64,000 nucleotides of DNA from an uncultured Spirochaetota bacterium (GTDB taxonomy: Bacteria > Spirochaetota > Brevinematia > Brevinematales > JAOACQ01), in NCBI GenBank assembly GCA_963835575.1, contig CAWIGG010000006.1:160001-224000 (forward strand), given 5' to 3'. The notes under the pieces are model-generated. The model made no database searches. It was not told the DNA's origin and worked only from the letters and a program-made list of their open reading frames with translations. How positions within the stretch are numbered: position 1 is the stretch's first letter; the number at the start of each line of letters is the position of its first letter. Shown here one piece after another: positions 60,836 to 64,000 of this stretch. Made by a program: the position numbers and the translations under genes.

Positions 60836-62605
60836 TCAACTTTCCTTAATATTGCCGGAATACAGGGATTTAAACAGATCCGATCCCACCAGCACGATCA
60901 CCCCCAGCATGATGATCGCCAGGAACTGCAGCGGCAGGACAATGGTCATTCCCATCATAAAAGGCATATAACTGAAGAATGAAATCAGAATAATTATGAC
61001 CGAGACATAGGCATACCTGGGGAAATAGAACGCGTAAATAATCGAAAGGACATCCGCCGTTAAGAAGTACCTCTCATGCATATGGGGCATGAAAAAAGGA
61101 ACGATCAGCGCGATCAGTAAGGAAAGTTTTATCATAATATCCTTCCCGATTTTTTCACCTCTCCGGCAGACGATAAAAGTGAGGAACAGCACGGCCGCGA
61201 CGGTAAGCATGACGGCCGCAGGGGTAAAAGCCTGCCCGATTTTGTCAGTAATCCACTGGTAGAAATTCGGGCAGCCGATGGAAAGAACGCCGTACATTTT
61301 CGCCTGGTTGGAATAATTCATAAAAAGATCGCCGATGGGCCTGCCGAACAGAAACGCCGGGATGAAGGATGCGATGTAGACCGCGGGCAGGATAAAAAAG
61401 TATCTGAATTTTAAATCTTTATTCATAAACAGCACAAAGAAAACCGGCAGTATGAAGATCGCCTGGATTTTAAATGAGATTGCCAGGCCGTATGCCGCCA
61501 TTGCAGCGGCGCTCTTTCCCTTGAGAAGATAAAGGATTGAAAGGATTGCCAGGCCGACATAAATGACGTCGCATTGTCCCCAATAACTGCTGTTGAATAA
61601 TAGAGAGGGCGCAAAGAGAACCGCGAAAAAGGCAAAAGCGGCCCTTTCAGGTTTTTTCTTTTCCTGATATTTCATGCCCACGATGGAAGCGGCGATACCG
61701 GCCGTGAGGAAGTCAAAAATAAATATGATGATCTTGACCGCGGCGGCTTTGGCGATGGGGACATATGTCGCCAGGACCAGTAAATAGCTGAACAGCGGCG
61801 GATACTCGGAATACCCGTATTTGAGCGAGAAAATCCCGCCGTTTGCCTTGATGAAATTGTACCAATCGATGAATTCCTCAAAGTCGCCCGTTCTGAACTG
61901 GAGCATGAACACCCTGACTGCCGCAGCCGCGATTATCAGGGAATAAATCAATGCCTGGCTGGCCGGATCGGGGAATTTTTTGTTTAGCTTCAGGCTGTTG
62001 AAGATCATGACCATTAATACGATCAGGAGCAGGACCGAGATAACCATGATTATCTGGATCAGCAAATCCGAGTCGGACGGCTGGAGGTCCATGCTGTAGG
62101 CCCCTCCGTAATTGGTCATTTTTATCTCTATCCTGTTGTTGCCTTCTGAAAGGTAAGGGCTTAAATCGATATTGAATCCGTTGATGTAATCGCTGAGGGC
62201 GCCCTGGCCTATTCCCGTCAATGATACCTGACTGCCGTTAATGACGATGCTTTCCACCAGATCGTCGGGAATTATTTTTACCCAGTGCTGGGAAAACATA
62301 TTGAAGCTGATTGTCCCGTTAAAGACATATTCCATGGGATTTCCTTTGTCATGAAGCGGCAGGGTGATGTCCTTTTTAACGCCGTAAGGATCGGTAATGG
62401 TGGCGTTTTCGATTTTTATGGTTGTTAAAGTGGTAAATATACAGAGAATGACAAAAATCAGGAATATGAAGAAATACCAGTTTACCGCGATTTTTTTTAA
62501 ATTGATTTTCCAGTCTTTAAAAAATGCCCCGCATTTTTTAAGTAAATCCAGGCATGAATCGAGAACTTCTTTCCATGGCTTGACAAAAACATTTTCAAAA
62601 TTCAT
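60836..62605 (-). CDS. GT-C type membrane glycosyltransferase with an N-terminal extracytoplasmic domain
   Basis: EYPPL, NSSYWGQCD, FKIQA, PHMHERY; many TM helices. Confidence 0.75.
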   Translation of the reverse strand: MNFENVFVKPWKEVLDSCLDLLKKCGAFFKDWKINLKKIAVNWYFFIFLIFVILCIFTTLTTIKIENATITDPYGVKKDITLPLHDKGNPMEYVFNGTISFNMFSQHWVKIIPDDLVESIVINGSQVSLTGIGQGALSDYINGFNIDLSPYLSEGNNRIEIKMTNYGGAYSMDLQPSDSDLLIQIIMVISVLLLIVLMVMIFNSLKLNKKFPDPASQALIYSLIIAAAAVRVFMLQFRTGDFEEFIDWYNFIKANGGIFSLKYGYSEYPPLFSYLLVLATYVPIAKAAAVKIIIFIFDFLTAGIAASIVGMKYQEKKKPERAAFAFFAVLFAPSLLFNSSYWGQCDVIYVGLAILSILYLLKGKSAAAMAAYGLAISFKIQAIFILPVFFVLFMNKDLKFRYFFILPAVYIASFIPAFLFGRPIGDLFMNYSNQAKMYGVLSIGCPNFYQWITDKIGQAFTPAAVMLTVAAVLFLTFIVCRRGEKIGKDIMIKLSLLIALIVPFFMPHMHERYFLTADVLSIIYAFYFPRYAYVSVIIILISFFSYMPFMMGMTIVLPLQFLAIIMLGVIVLVGSDLFKSLYSGNIKES

Positions 62606-62638
62606 ATAACCACCTCTTAAAATATTTCATATTTATTT

Positions 62639-63766
62639 TCAAGAATAATATTTTATAACCGCTTCCGCAACTTTCCCCGCGTCTGAAGCGGACAGGTCAA
62701 AATAGAGGGGAAGCCTCAGCAGCCTGCCGCTTTCGCGGGTGGTCCATTTATCCTCGCCGGAAAACCGTCCGTATTTCATTCCGGCAGGGGATGAATGAAG
62801 CGGTATATAGTGAAAGACGGCTTGTATTCCCTGCTTTTTCAGAATCTTGATAAGATCTGTTCTTACGTCCGTGTCAGCAGCCTTTATATAGAATATATGG
62901 CCGTTTGTTTCACAATGGGCGGGTACTGAAGGAAGCTCTATGGACCCTTTATCGGACAGGGGCTTCAGCATTTCAAAATAAAGTTTCCATAAATCGTTTC
63001 TTTTTTTGTTTATCAACCAGGAGTTTTCCAGCTGGGCATAGAGGAAGGCAGCGTTCAGTTCCGACATCAGGAATGAAGATCCGATATCAACCCAGGTGTA
63101 TTTATTAACAAATCCGCTGATGAATTTCGACCGGTTTGTCCCTTTTTCCCGGACGCAGTCCGCCTTTTCATGAAATTCCTCATCCCGGACCAGAATCGCG
63201 CCGCCTTCACCGCAGCCGCAATTCTTTGTGTCGTGGAAACTGATGCATCCGAAATGCCCCATTGTACCGGCAAAATTGCCCCGGTATTTCGATAAAAAAC
63301 CCTGCGCCAAGTCCTCGATGATAAATAAATTATGCTTCTTCGCGATATCGGCAATCGCGTCCATTTCGCAGGCGACGCCCGCGTAATGAACCGGCACAAT
63401 TGCCCTGGTTTTTGAGGTAATAGCCGCTTCTATCAGATTTTCATCGATGTTCATTGTGTCTGGGCGGATATCTACGAATACCGCTGTCGCTCCCCTTAGA
63501 ACAAAAGCATTGGCAGTTGATACAAATGTGAAGGATGGCATAATGACTTCGTCGCCCGGTTTGATATCAGCCAGAAGGGCGGCCATTTCCAGAGCCTGAG
63601 TGCATGAACCGGTCAGCATGACTTTAGGAGCGCCCATCGCTGATTCCATCCAGTTCTGGCATTTTTTTGTATATCCGCCGTCCCCGGATAATTTGCGGCT
63701 TTTAATGACAGCATTCAAGTATTTTCTTTCACGTCCTGTAATAAAAGGAATATTAAAAGGTATCAT
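62639..63766 (-). CDS. wecE: dTDP-4-amino-4,6-dideoxygalactose transaminase
   Basis: MIPFN, SCTQALEMAA, PSFTFVSTANAF, SFHDTKN, EKGTNRS..KYTWVD. Confidence 0.9.
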   Translation of the reverse strand: MIPFNIPFITGRERKYLNAVIKSRKLSGDGGYTKKCQNWMESAMGAPKVMLTGSCTQALEMAALLADIKPGDEVIMPSFTFVSTANAFVLRGATAVFVDIRPDTMNIDENLIEAAITSKTRAIVPVHYAGVACEMDAIADIAKKHNLFIIEDLAQGFLSKYRGNFAGTMGHFGCISFHDTKNCGCGEGGAILVRDEEFHEKADCVREKGTNRSKFISGFVNKYTWVDIGSSFLMSELNAAFLYAQLENSWLINKKRNDLWKLYFEMLKPLSDKGSIELPSVPAHCETNGHIFYIKAADTDVRTDLIKILKKQGIQAVFHYIPLHSSPAGMKYGRFSGEDKWTTRESGRLLRLPLYFDLSASDAGKVAEAVIKYYS

Positions 63767-63844
63767 TCTCCCATCCAAGGAAAATTTCTTTATTAAAAAG
63801 CGCGGGATCAATCGTCAAGGAAAGTAATCTTTTTCTGTTTTAAG

Positions 63845-64000
63845 TTAACGCGGTTTACTGTTGTTTGTTATTCTCCTTTTTACAGCCTTTTTGCTGATTA
63901 TTAAATCCTTGATTGTGTATTGCGGCCTTTCATTGATGATAAGAAAAGCCCTCCCCAGATACTCTCCGACTATTCCGATGCAGAAAAGGATCATGCCGCC
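63845..64000 (-). CDS. C-terminus of a GT2 polyprenol-phosphate glycosyltransferase (GtrB/ArnC-like), 5'-partial
   Basis: Manual translation GGMILFCIGIVGEYLGRAFLIINERPQY...*. Confidence 0.8.
   Translation of the reverse strand, partial: GGMILFCIGIVGEYLGRAFLIINERPQYTIKDLIISKKAVKRRITNNSKPR

Overview
A 64-kb chromosomal window from a bacterium, probably a spirochete. That is an inference from fliL-fliM-fliY, the ispE-spoVG-tRNA-Gln-prs-rplY-pth-tilS-ftsH block, a WG-repeat lipoprotein and an omptin. Housekeeping blocks alternate with accessory DNA. At least six genes carry single-base frameshifts in short homopolymers, most likely long-read errors. The main hidden structure is at ~6.0-11.7 kb: a minus-strand integron-type cassette array. 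It has a Pc-like promoter, an attI-like site, an alpha/beta-hydrolase cassette, a 59-bp attC and a mazEF cassette with its own promoter, but no integrase gene. Two related IS1182-family elements sit at the same nucleotide of the R'' box of consecutive attC sites. The intact copy duplicates GTT, and its own terminus rebuilds the R'' consensus, which points to an attC-targeting IS1182 lineage. A third, more distant IS1182 and a 99-bp MITE with the same ends insert instead into REP-like repeats. Intergenic DNA holds nested repeat families: 9-bp-periodic inverted arms, a CTGAGCCTGTCGAA-like REP, and a 205-bp GGGCAGTTC MITE with 4-bp TSDs. There is also a ~360-nt GC-rich structured non-coding segment at 28.8-29.2 kb. 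IS481 and IS5 elements are present. No CRISPR array or rRNA was seen.
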